Of a stretch of 57,675 nucleotides of DNA, positions 19,612 through 28,423 are shown in pieces. A model generated the notes under the pieces. It worked only from the letters and a program-made list of their open reading frames with translations, was not told the DNA's origin and searched no databases. Position numbers and translations under genes: made by a program. Location: NCBI GenBank assembly GCA_964474895.1, contig CAYYUK010000003.1:1-57675 (forward strand), written 5' to 3'. How positions within the stretch are numbered: position 1 is the first letter of the stretch; every line of letters begins with the position of its first letter. The DNA comes from Candidatus Woesearchaeota archaeon (GTDB taxonomy: Archaea; Nanobdellota; Nanobdellia; SCGC-AAA011-G17; PNOQ01).

Positions 19612-20058
19612 ATGAAAAAAATATTGATTGGAATTATTGCTTTACTAATGTTTGGTGGATTAACAGTAGCCCAAGATCCAAGTGGAATAAGTTACTTAGA
19701 CTTCGAAGAAGAAGAAGATACTTCAAAGTGTGTGCCTGGTACAGATCCAACAAAATGTTTGGAAGAGCCACAACCACAAGAAGTAACAATAGAAAGACCT
19801 AAAAATTGTGATTTCGATGCAGAAAATTCAAGATGTAGATTATCTCTTTGGAAAGGAAAAAATAAGATAACAGTAAATGACGAAGAATATAATATTATTT
19901 ACAAATACAGATGGAACAAGGATATATTCTATTTGGGTAACTCTATGCATTCTTTAGAAAAGAATGGAGCATACCACAGTGGAGAGTTTCAAATAGATAA
20001 GAGAACATTTGAATTCAGGCAAGCAAGAGGTTGGGCTGTAATCAAAGAACTAAAATAA
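19612..20058 (+). CDS. Secreted protein, paralog 1 (148 aa)
   Basis: Signal peptide MKKILIGIIALLMFGGLTVA; C-terminal part from PQEVTIERP onward identical to 20264..20677. Confidence 0.8.
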   Translation: MKKILIGIIALLMFGGLTVAQDPSGISYLDFEEEEDTSKCVPGTDPTKCLEEPQPQEVTIERPKNCDFDAENSRCRLSLWKGKNKITVNDEEYNIIYKYRWNKDIFYLGNSMHSLEKNGAYHSGEFQIDKRTFEFRQARGWAVIKELK

Positions 20059-20106
20059 AAAACTTTTTCTCTTTTTTTAATTATTTAATCTTAAACAAAT
20101 AGATTA

Positions 20107-20119
20107 CGCTCCGGAAGGG
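20107..20119 (-). repeat. 13-bp copy of the 3' end of tRNA-Arg(CCT), att-like
   Basis: cgctccggaaggg at 20107-20119 equals 20726-20738 of the intact tRNA. Confidence 0.8.
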
Positions 20120-20263
20120 CATAACAAGTTTTGTTTAAAATCACATCAATTATTCATCACTAACGCAAAATATCAAACTACAGATATTTAAAGATTTCTA
20201 AAAAAATAGCAAACTATAAATAATAGACAATTTAGTATATAAACAGAAAAATACGGGGGGAAA

Positions 20264-20677
20264 ATGAAAAAAATATTGATTGGAATTATTGCTTTACTAA
20301 TGTTTGGTGGACTAGTCACAGCTTCTAATTCATATTGTCTATCGCAGTTTCCATGTGAACTGCCAGAGAAGCCAATAAATGAATTACCAGAACCACAAGA
20401 AGTAACAATAGAAAGACCTAAAAATTGTGATTTCGATGCAGAAAATTCAAGATGTAGATTATCTCTTTGGAAAGGAAAAAATAAGATAACAGTAAATGAC
20501 GAAGAATATAATATTATTTACAAATACAGATGGAACAAGGATATATTCTATTTGGGTAACTCTATGCATTCTTTAGAAAAGAATGGAGCATACCACAGTG
20601 GAGAGTTTCAAATAGATAAGAGAACATTTGAATTCAGGCAAGCAAGAGGTTGGGCTGTAATCAAAGAACTAAAATAA
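20264..20677 (+). CDS. Secreted protein, paralog 2 (137 aa)
   Basis: Same signal-peptide start and constant C-terminal domain as 19612..20058, with a different Cys-pair segment after the signal. Confidence 0.8.
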   Translation: MKKILIGIIALLMFGGLVTASNSYCLSQFPCELPEKPINELPEPQEVTIERPKNCDFDAENSRCRLSLWKGKNKITVNDEEYNIIYKYRWNKDIFYLGNSMHSLEKNGAYHSGEFQIDKRTFEFRQARGWAVIKELK

Positions 20678-20725
20678 AAAACTTTTTCTCTTTTTTTAAT
20701 TATTTAATCTTAAACAAATAGATTA

Positions 20726-20800
20726 CGCTCCGGAAGGGATTTGAACCCTCGACCCCTTCCTTAGGAGGGAAGTGCTCTATCCAAGCTGAGCTACCGGAGC
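20726..20800 (-). tRNA. tRNA-Arg (anticodon CCT)
   Basis: Acceptor GCTCCGG/CCGGAGC, G73; arm CTTCC-CT CCT AA-GGAAG; T loop TTCAAAT. Confidence 0.95.
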
Positions 20801-20809
20801 AAAAAGAAA

Positions 20810-20881
20810 TGCGAGGGCCGGGACTTGAACCCGGGTCAGCTGGGTGGAAACCAGCTATACTAACCACTATACTACCCACGC
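20810..20881 (-). tRNA. tRNA-Gly (anticodon TCC)
   Basis: Acceptor GCGTGGG/CCCTCGC (U4.U69 mismatch), A73; arm GCTGG-TT TCC AC-CCAGC; T loop TTCAAGT; in tandem with tRNA-Arg. Confidence 0.92.
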
Positions 20882-20906
20882 ATACTTTCAAAGAAAAAAT
20901 CTTGTC

Positions 20907-21983
20907 TTATAAACCTTTTCGTTTCCTATCATAAACATAATAAGAAGTTATCAAAATCAAAGCAAAAACTATAGAAAAATAATCAAAAAAGGGAACATCT
21001 TCGTCAACATTTAAAAAGCAATATCCATAACTGGTATCAGTCCATATACAATTACTTACATCATCTAAACACAACAAAAGTCCATGCCCCTCACAATCAT
21101 TAATACTTAACTCATAATGATAAATTGTCTGTTCAAAATATCCATCAGAAAATCCACATTCAACACCATCTCCATTTCCTTCACAAACCAAACAATCCCC
21201 ACCAAGAGTATAAGTGCCCTCACAAAAACCCGGTTCGTCTGGTTCCTCTTGAGGATCATCACATTTACAAGTAGATAAATCACAAATTTCCACACCTACA
21301 CAAGCAGAATCATCAGACGCATCACATTCATCTTCAAACTCTTCTACAGAACAATAATCTACAGGATCTGGTACAAAACAAAAGTGACAAACCTGTGCAT
21401 TGCCACAATCAGTAGCATCCTCATAAATTGTCTCACTCTGTCCTGAAGAACAACCAGGATCATCACAAAAGGCATTTTCGTTTATATCAGTACAAAATAA
21501 ATCTTCTTCTTCCACAGATCCTTCTTCAAAACAAGCTAAGATAACGGGATAAAATCCACTCTGGGCAGTACAACTTTCAACATGAGAGTTCTCAACAGTA
21601 TTCAATCTAAGTACACAAAAAACATCAGCAGGAGACACCCCACTAAAAAAAGAACATTCATAATCACTTGAAAAGGTAAACGCACTGTCAGTTCCTTTAG
21701 AATAATATGCTACATGAGAATTATCATCAGAATAAACTTTTAGAGGACTAAACCCCTGACCAGATAAACTACTGTCACAACATAATTTGTAGTCACCATT
21801 ATCTTCAAATCCAACTTTGGAAACATGCGCATTTGTTTCATTAGAAAGCCAAAGAAATACACTGTAACCTGCTGGACAACTAGCATCATTGGTAACAACA
21901 CAATCATTAACACCACCAGTATCTCCACTAACAAACCCAGAAAATAATACTAAAATCACCCCAACCAAAAATAACTTTTTCAT
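20907..21983 (-). CDS. Cys-rich acidic surface protein with C-terminal VPFF-TM-basic tail, 358 aa
   Basis: Signal peptide; repeated SNETNAHV / SDDNSHV / TVENSHV units with Cys; C-terminus DEDVPFFDYFSIVFALILITSYYVYDRKRKGL. Confidence 0.75.
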   Translation of the reverse strand: MKKLFLVGVILVLFSGFVSGDTGGVNDCVVTNDASCPAGYSVFLWLSNETNAHVSKVGFEDNGDYKLCCDSSLSGQGFSPLKVYSDDNSHVAYYSKGTDSAFTFSSDYECSFFSGVSPADVFCVLRLNTVENSHVESCTAQSGFYPVILACFEEGSVEEEDLFCTDINENAFCDDPGCSSGQSETIYEDATDCGNAQVCHFCFVPDPVDYCSVEEFEDECDASDDSACVGVEICDLSTCKCDDPQEEPDEPGFCEGTYTLGGDCLVCEGNGDGVECGFSDGYFEQTIYHYELSINDCEGHGLLLCLDDVSNCIWTDTSYGYCFLNVDEDVPFFDYFSIVFALILITSYYVYDRKRKGL

Positions 21984-22011
21984 TCAAAATAAATAACCAA
22001 ATTACAGATAT

Positions 22012-24651
22012 TTAAAGATTTCTAAATATCTCATCTATCTGAGAACCATTCCATCCTTTCTTAATCAAAGCAGTTCTAATTTCAATTCTAGTAAATCCCC
22101 TTCTAAATGCATGATTAATATAATTAGTCAAAACAACTTTATCCCTATCAGTCACAAACAATTTCTTTCTAAATAATTTAAAAGTAAGTTTGTTAGACAA
22201 AGACTGTAAATTTCCGGGACCTTTATACAACCAGAAATACAATAACCCAAATAATAAAATAGCTCCCAAAACAGTAAGCCATAGCACAGGAATCTTGCCA
22301 CCACAATCTTCAGCACAATAGTAAGAACTACTTTTATCACTCTCGTCTATACTTAACTTTGATATTTTAGTACATTTACCATCCCCACAGACACAATCAC
22401 TGGAAGATATACCATCTGTATGTTCAACATCAGAAAATACAACACTTTTTATTACTTCAAGTTCACTTGACTCAACTAGATAATTAATATCAACCGAACC
22501 ATAAACTGACCAATACAAATTACCATAACTAGTATCCTCACTAGCACCATTATAAAACATTTTTTCCAAATCATAATCTGATAAATATTCAACCAACACA
22601 TCATTACTGCCACCTGAAACAGTTACATCTTTATTCACTAAAATATAATCACCCCAACCATCAATAAAATCTATATTAAACAATTCAAATTTGGCATCAA
22701 CATTAACATTATCTCTATTGAATTCATAAATTTCACTCCGCTGTTCATTAGTTAAACTAGAAACCCCTGAATAGGGATCAACATCACTTGGCAAAGCAAG
22801 ATTATAATTTCCAACAGAAGTAGTATTTCTCAAATTAATATCTGCAGGAGTGTTCATTGCTATATCTCCCAATTCCGTAGCTATAACACCATAAACAGAA
22901 TTTCGATATGCTTCAGTCAAATCAGCATTATCTCTTATAGATGTAAAATTAGCTTCCAACCCATCGACAAGAGACGGAAGAATAACAAAGTCTACATCAA
23001 ACAAATCTAAAACAATTTGCTCGCTATCACTAACTGAATAAAAATTAACATCAGCTTCACTAAGACCATTTCTAATTTCAATTATTCTATTCTCAATATG
23101 TTCTTCAAAATCAACAATATAAATTGTTATAGAATCAGTCGCAGTAACATTGCCGGAATCCTTAATAGTCAACGTAATATTATATTCACCCTCAAAAGGA
23201 TAAAATTTGGTTGGGCTAACAGAACTAGAATTAGTACCATCCCCGAAATCCCAAAAATAACTATCTATGGTGCTATTGCCAGAAGCATTAGATTCGCTAC
23301 CATCAAAAAGAATATTTTGATTTTGTAAAAAATAAATAGAATCAATATTAATTATTGCATTTGGAGCTTCCCTAATTTCAAAAACTTCCAAGTCAGATTG
23401 CTCTCCAAACTCAATTTCAAAAGAACATTCATCAATAACAATATTTGGAACATCTAATCCAAAAACATCTAAGGGAATATTCAAACCATCTAAAACAACC
23501 ACATTACTACTTTCCACAACATCATAAAAGCTATGCCTAATGTTCCCACCATAATCACTCAAATTTAAATTGTCCATAATAAAATTCCCAAAAGAACTAA
23601 ATTCAGGATCCTCTCCTTCGGCATCCTCATCACCACCTACAACATTTCCAATGATTGGCCTAAAAGGAACCAAACAATTATCACTGTTCTCACACTCATA
23701 ATCATTAATAGCAGATACAAGAGAATCGCTCTTTATAGACACAGTTTGAGAAGGCAAATCTGTAGAAAAAATTTGCCCATTCAGAGTAATATAAAAATAT
23801 TCATCATCTTCGCCAGAAAAAACAGGAACTAAAAAATCATCATTTCCAGATGGATGTGATCTCAAACAAACTTCCACAGACACCAGATTACCATGATTGG
23901 AATTAAGCTCTTTAGTAACTTCACAGGATAAAAGAACCCAATCAGTGGATACATCCTCCCACCCATTGCCACTCAAAATGCAATCATCTCCGCCATCCAC
24001 GCCAGCACCAAGCCAACCTTCAACAGTTTCTCTCTTGGCATAAGCATTAACTTTAATATCAAAACTATCCAAAAATTCATTCACCTCAAAATCAAACCAA
24101 TTGCAGACCCCCCAATTTCCTAAGCGACGTTCATCAGGATTATTAGGCAAATTAATATTTTCAAATCCACCAGGATAAACCAAATTACCAAACCCATCTG
24201 ATGCACTAATATATTGCCAATCGGCAACACCATCATTACCAACATCAATAAAAAATGGACCTCCTTCCCCAGATAAATCAAACTCCAATTCATCAACAGA
24301 AGAAGAAAATCTAAACCCATAAAGCCCTTCTTCATCCAAAACTGAACGCTGATTTCCTTGAGAGTACATATACTCTAAACCACTAAAAAGGCCTGCATCA
24401 TTCAAAAGATCATATAACACATAATTCCAAGAACCATCTCCATCACCACAATCAACAAATGCCGCACCTATTTGCTCATGAACTGAAACTTCATCTCCCT
24501 CATCAGTATTTATAACTAAATTACCACCAATATCTTGACCTGCGCCATAAACAGTTCTATCTAAAGTTAAATCAATACCATTAACAGATGCACCAACTAT
24601 TCCAACAAACAAAAGAACTAAAATCCAAACTAAATAACCACCTCTCATCAA
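22012..24651 (-). CDS. PKD-domain surface protein with C-terminal TM and cytoplasmic tail, 879 aa
   Basis: PKD motif ILFDGSES...IDSYFWDFGDGTNSSSVSPTKFY...GEYNITLTIKDS; signal peptide; TM IPVLWLTVLGAILLFGLLYFWLY; tail NYINHAFRRGFTRIEIRTALIKKGW. Confidence 0.85.
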   Translation of the reverse strand: MMRGGYLVWILVLLFVGIVGASVNGIDLTLDRTVYGAGQDIGGNLVINTDEGDEVSVHEQIGAAFVDCGDGDGSWNYVLYDLLNDAGLFSGLEYMYSQGNQRSVLDEEGLYGFRFSSSVDELEFDLSGEGGPFFIDVGNDGVADWQYISASDGFGNLVYPGGFENINLPNNPDERRLGNWGVCNWFDFEVNEFLDSFDIKVNAYAKRETVEGWLGAGVDGGDDCILSGNGWEDVSTDWVLLSCEVTKELNSNHGNLVSVEVCLRSHPSGNDDFLVPVFSGEDDEYFYITLNGQIFSTDLPSQTVSIKSDSLVSAINDYECENSDNCLVPFRPIIGNVVGGDEDAEGEDPEFSSFGNFIMDNLNLSDYGGNIRHSFYDVVESSNVVVLDGLNIPLDVFGLDVPNIVIDECSFEIEFGEQSDLEVFEIREAPNAIINIDSIYFLQNQNILFDGSESNASGNSTIDSYFWDFGDGTNSSSVSPTKFYPFEGEYNITLTIKDSGNVTATDSITIYIVDFEEHIENRIIEIRNGLSEADVNFYSVSDSEQIVLDLFDVDFVILPSLVDGLEANFTSIRDNADLTEAYRNSVYGVIATELGDIAMNTPADINLRNTTSVGNYNLALPSDVDPYSGVSSLTNEQRSEIYEFNRDNVNVDAKFELFNIDFIDGWGDYILVNKDVTVSGGSNDVLVEYLSDYDLEKMFYNGASEDTSYGNLYWSVYGSVDINYLVESSELEVIKSVVFSDVEHTDGISSSDCVCGDGKCTKISKLSIDESDKSSSYYCAEDCGGKIPVLWLTVLGAILLFGLLYFWLYKGPGNLQSLSNKLTFKLFRKKLFVTDRDKVVLTNYINHAFRRGFTRIEIRTALIKKGWNGSQIDEIFRNL

Positions 24652-24684
24652 AAGATATCTTAAAAATTTGTTATTTAAAACTTT

Positions 24685-25209
24685 CTAAAAAAGCTCGTCA
24701 TAAACACCCAAGTAACCTTTCAAAGCAAGAGTCCCCATATCAGAGATAATTTCAATTTCAATTTCTCCAGCATCAATACTATCTTTCATATCATCCCCAA
24801 GATTGTCACTCTCAATCAGATTTGCAATAACTATTTGCTCTCCAGAAATTCTAAGATCATATTCATCAGGGATTTCATCAACAACCTCTGAATCTGCATA
24901 ATTTTGGATTAAAGCAACTTCAGTATCAATATCAACCATATAAAACACAATAACTGCATCCCCACCACTGCTTTCGTGAATTTTGTAAGAACCAAATTCA
25001 TTAGAAAGATATACTATGTGTTCCTCAAAAATAATCTGTGTTCCAGGATTAGCCAACAAATAAGCAATATCAACTTCAGGTTTTGGAATATCTGGTTTAC
25101 TAATAAAAGCATTATTTATTTGAGTAAAATAAAAAATCATACCTCCAAAAATAATTAGTAAAACAAAAGCACTAACAGAGATTAATGTCCACTTCAAACC
25201 CTTTTTCAT
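24685..25209 (-). CDS. Membrane-anchored acidic protein, possibly SCP2-like, 174 aa
   Basis: N-terminal TM anchor; C-terminal DLRISGEQIVIANLIESDNL..SIDAGEIEIE resembles SCP2-fold ends (weak). Confidence 0.5.
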   Translation of the reverse strand: MKKGLKWTLISVSAFVLLIIFGGMIFYFTQINNAFISKPDIPKPEVDIAYLLANPGTQIIFEEHIVYLSNEFGSYKIHESSGGDAVIVFYMVDIDTEVALIQNYADSEVVDEIPDEYDLRISGEQIVIANLIESDNLGDDMKDSIDAGEIEIEIISDMGTLALKGYLGVYDELF

Positions 25210-25244
25210 AAACCAAAAACAAAAGTAATCATATTTTAATCTTT

Positions 25245-25745
25245 CTACACAACTTTCTTTCCTTTTTTCTGTGGAACAATTTTCATCTTCCCTTTAAAAT
25301 CTTTACATAAAATTTCATTTCCAAAAATATCATACAAAACAATTCCAAGAGCAGCAACTTCTGAGTGTGGCTGCAAACCAACAGAAACATTATAATCGGC
25401 CAACTCATAAATTTCAGGAGGAACTTTTTCTCCACCAACAATAATTAATAAATCCCCACTAAGTTTAACGTCTCCCAAAACTTCACCATAAACAGTCAAA
25501 TGAACTACTTTGAACCCATCTTTTTTCTTCTTCTTAATAAAAGAACTAACACCAATAACATGTTCAATTTCAAAGTTCCCACCAAAATCATTAACAACTT
25601 TTTTCACAGAATTTTCCAAAGAACTATCTTTTTGCCCAGAATAATACAACTTAGAAGCACCAAAAGCCCTTGCAACCAATCCAACATGTGTGCTTATCCT
25701 TTTATCCCTAGCAATTCTATGTCCTAATCTCAAAACTTCTATCAT
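25245..25745 (-). CDS. trm56: tRNA (cytidine(56)-2'-O)-methyltransferase aTrm56
   Basis: VLRLGHRIARDKRISTHVGLVARAFGA, VHLTVYG, IVGGEKVPPEIYELADYNVSVGLQPHSEVAAL. Confidence 0.96.
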   Translation of the reverse strand: MIEVLRLGHRIARDKRISTHVGLVARAFGASKLYYSGQKDSSLENSVKKVVNDFGGNFEIEHVIGVSSFIKKKKKDGFKVVHLTVYGEVLGDVKLSGDLLIIVGGEKVPPEIYELADYNVSVGLQPHSEVAALGIVLYDIFGNEILCKDFKGKMKIVPQKKGKKVV

Positions 25746-25798
25746 AAAAATAGAACAAAAACAAAACTATTTAAATACTATCGAAAATCAAGAAAACC

Positions 25799-26677
25799 AT
25801 GTCTTTAGAAACTCTCTACATAAAAAAATACAAAATATTATTGATAATACCACTTATAATTCTACTGGCAAGTCTATTCATTCTTGGATCACAAAATGCA
25901 AAATATGGGCATTTCATAGACAAAGACATTTCGTTAAAAGGAGGGGTAACATCAACAGTCTATTCAGAAAACATAGATATAGAAAGTTTAGAATCACAAT
26001 TCCAAGAACAATTTCCAGATTCAGATATATCAATTAGAGAACTAACAAGTATGACAAATTCGGAAAGAATTGGTGTTTTAATAGAGGCCTCCGATTTAAC
26101 AGCAGATCAGATAAGGCCATTTCTAAGAGATAATTTTGAAATAAATGAATTTTCATTAGAAGAAGTTGGACCAAATTTGGGACAAACATTCTTCAGAGAA
26201 CTTATGTTTGCTTTAGGATTTGCTTTGATCTTAATGGGTATTGTAGTTCTAATAACTTTCAGAAAACTAATACCTTCATTAGCAGTAATATTTTCAGCAA
26301 TTTTAGATTTAGTTGGAACACTGGCCATAATTAGTCTTATGGGAATAAAAATTTCATCAGCAGGGATAGCAGCATTTCTAATGGTTATAGGTTACTCAAT
26401 AGACACTGACATCTTGCTAACAACAAAAGTTCTAAGAAGCAAAATGGGAACACTTTTCGAAAGGATAAAATCTGCCTTCAAAACAGGAATAACTATGACC
26501 ATAACAACATTCATAGCCCTCTTGGTGGCATTCATGTTCACAAATTCAGCAACACTAAAGCAAATGTTCGGAATAATACTCATAGCACTAATAATCGATT
26601 TCATTTCAACATGGGTAATGAATACAAGTTTGCTTGTTTGGTACGTAAAGAAAAATGAAAATAAAGAGTCTACTTAA
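25799..26677 (+). CDS. secF: Protein translocase subunit SecF (archaeal)
   Basis: DISLKGG after TM1, VGPNLG, IGYSIDTDILLTT, six-TM pattern. Confidence 0.92.
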   Translation: MSLETLYIKKYKILLIIPLIILLASLFILGSQNAKYGHFIDKDISLKGGVTSTVYSENIDIESLESQFQEQFPDSDISIRELTSMTNSERIGVLIEASDLTADQIRPFLRDNFEINEFSLEEVGPNLGQTFFRELMFALGFALILMGIVVLITFRKLIPSLAVIFSAILDLVGTLAIISLMGIKISSAGIAAFLMVIGYSIDTDILLTTKVLRSKMGTLFERIKSAFKTGITMTITTFIALLVAFMFTNSATLKQMFGIILIALIIDFISTWVMNTSLLVWYVKKNENKEST

Positions 26678-28217
26678 GAAACCAAGAATAATAATTTTAA
26701 TACTTTTCATACTGGGAAGTCTATTAGTAATAAATCCCCAATTGGATGCAAAAGGAGTTACAATAAAAAATGTAGTCGAAGAATCTGCCGCAGAAATTGC
26801 AGGGATTGAAGGACCTTCAGAAAGCACAAGTCAAACAAATTACGAAAAGATTTTAGAAATAAATGGAGAAGAAATCCGAAGCCTACAAGATTATCAAGAA
26901 AAAATATCTGAATTCGGCGAAGGTTCCTCAATAAGAATTAAAACAAATAAAGATGAGTATATTATAATTAAAACACTAGAAGACATAGGACTAATAGTAC
27001 AAGAAGCGTCTAGTACAAATTTGAAACTTGGATTGGAACTACAAGGTGGAACAAGAGTAATTCTCAGACCTGAAACACAGATAACAGAACAGCAAAGAGA
27101 TGAATTAATTCAGATTATGGAATATAGATTGAATACATATGGTCTATCTGACATTGAAATAAGAAAAGCAGATGGGCAATCCACCTTACTTGGTGGTCAA
27201 GAAGAAAAATATGTTATCGTAGAAATCGCAGGAGCTACACAAGAAGAAGTTTCTGAATTAATTGCATCACAAGGATTATTTGAAGCAAAAATACAAAACC
27301 AAACAGTATTTTCTGGTGGGGAAGATATAACTTTTGTATGTAGAAATGATGGAACATGTTCAGGAGTAAGCCAATGTTCGGAAACACAAGAAGGATATGC
27401 CTGCAGATTTGAATTTTTAGTTCATCTAAGCGATGCAGCAGCTCAGAGACATGCAGATGTAACAAGAGATTTGGAAGTTGTTGACAATTATCTATCAGAA
27501 CAGATTGAATTTTACTTAGACGGAGAATTAGTTGATAGTCTTAATATTGGTTCAGATTTAAGGGGAATAAAAGCAACACAGATCCAAATATCTGGCCCTG
27601 GTGTAGGAGAAACTGAACAGGAAGCAGTTCTAGATGCCATAAATGGAATGAACAAACTACAAACAATTCTTCTTACAGGATCACTGCCTGTTGATTTAGA
27701 AATAGTAAAATTTGACACAATATCTCCAGTTTTAGGAGAAGAATTTGTAAGAAACGCCATTATAATGGGACTACTAGCAATACTGGCTGTCTCTGTAGTA
27801 ATATTTGCAAGGTATAGAAATCTAAAGATTTCAATTCCAGTTTTTATAGCATTATTATCCGAAGTAGTTATAATCCTTGGAATATCTGCATTAACAAAAT
27901 ATAATTTAGATTTGGCAGCAATAGCAGGTATAATAGCAGCAGTTGGTACTGGTGTAGACGATAACATAGTAATTATAGACGAAGTAACGACTAAAGAATC
28001 TGGCTATTCATACAAATGGAAAGAAAAATTAAAAAAAGCATTTTTCATAATTTTTGCAGCATACGTAACAACATTAGCAGCAATGTTTCCATTACTCAGA
28101 GCAGGAGCAGGACTTCTAAGAGGATTTGCACTAATAACAATAATCGGTGTAACTGTCGGAGTTTTCATAACTAGACCAGCGTTCGCTGTAATGATAAAAA
28201 AACTAACAGAAGAATAA
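26655..28217 (+). CDS. secD: Protein translocase subunit SecD (archaeal) with PDZ-like insert
   Basis: LKLGLELQGGTRV, RLNTYGLSD, LLTGSLPVDL, ISPVLG, GTGVDDNIVI, LLRGFA, FITRPAFA. Confidence 0.93.
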   Translation: MKIKSLLKKPRIIILILFILGSLLVINPQLDAKGVTIKNVVEESAAEIAGIEGPSESTSQTNYEKILEINGEEIRSLQDYQEKISEFGEGSSIRIKTNKDEYIIIKTLEDIGLIVQEASSTNLKLGLELQGGTRVILRPETQITEQQRDELIQIMEYRLNTYGLSDIEIRKADGQSTLLGGQEEKYVIVEIAGATQEEVSELIASQGLFEAKIQNQTVFSGGEDITFVCRNDGTCSGVSQCSETQEGYACRFEFLVHLSDAAAQRHADVTRDLEVVDNYLSEQIEFYLDGELVDSLNIGSDLRGIKATQIQISGPGVGETEQEAVLDAINGMNKLQTILLTGSLPVDLEIVKFDTISPVLGEEFVRNAIIMGLLAILAVSVVIFARYRNLKISIPVFIALLSEVVIILGISALTKYNLDLAAIAGIIAAVGTGVDDNIVIIDEVTTKESGYSYKWKEKLKKAFFIIFAAYVTTLAAMFPLLRAGAGLLRGFALITIIGVTVGVFITRPAFAVMIKKLTEE

Positions 28218-28325
28218 TTATTTCTTCCAAATTTTATAAAGAATAAACAAAACTACCAACGCAACTATAGCAATCAAGAAAGTTGTAGTGCTCTTAGCTG
28301 GTGCGTATAAGGGTGCTGGATCCAT
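28218..28325 (-). CDS. Small single-TM protein, 35 aa
   Basis: MDPAPLYAPAKSTTTFLIAIVALVVLFILYKIWKK; SD GGAGGT 7 nt upstream; own BRE/TATA GAGAAAGGTTTTTTAAT at about 28361-28377; not in the ORF track. Confidence 0.75.
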   Translation of the reverse strand: MDPAPLYAPAKSTTTFLIAIVALVVLFILYKIWKK

Positions 28326-28423
28326 TTAAATTACCTCCAAAGAAATAAAACAAACTACTCATTAAAAAACCTTTCTCTTTGATTAATCTTTTACATTTTG
28401 ATTAAACTTTTAAAAAGTTTATA

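Larger units (their letters stand above)
19517..20738. repeat. Tandem duplication with identical flanks and unrelated cores
   Basis: Block A 19517-19659 = 20169-20311 (143 bp, 1 mismatch). Block B 19772-20119 = 20391-20738 (348 bp, identical by eye). The cores 19660-19771 (112 bp) and 20312-20390 (79 bp) do not align. Confidence 0.92.

Noticed and set aside
20110-20165. C/D box sRNA (GTGATGA on the minus strand in the spacer)
   Set aside because: No CTGA D box at a suitable distance and no room for guide regions.
19660-20390. Possible diversity-generating retroelement (TR/VR pair)
   Set aside because: The variable cores differ in length and do not align, the identical parts show no A-specific changes, and there is no reverse transcriptase in the window.
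20107-20738. Integrated mobile element bounded by attL/attR at tRNA-Arg
   Set aside because: Only about 0.6 kb lies between the repeats, with no integrase or mobile genes, and the repeat extends far beyond the tRNA end. Treated as a duplication instead.
20810-20881. tRNA-Gly with a U4.U69 mismatch as a non-proteinogenic donor for the FemAB-like enzyme
   Set aside because: The D-loop GG and TTC T-loop are intact, unlike staphylococcal non-proteinogenic tRNA-Gly. A single mismatch is not enough.
20700-20891. 63-aa ORF in the track
   Set aside because: Lies on top of tRNA-Gly and tRNA-Arg on the same strand; a shadow ORF.
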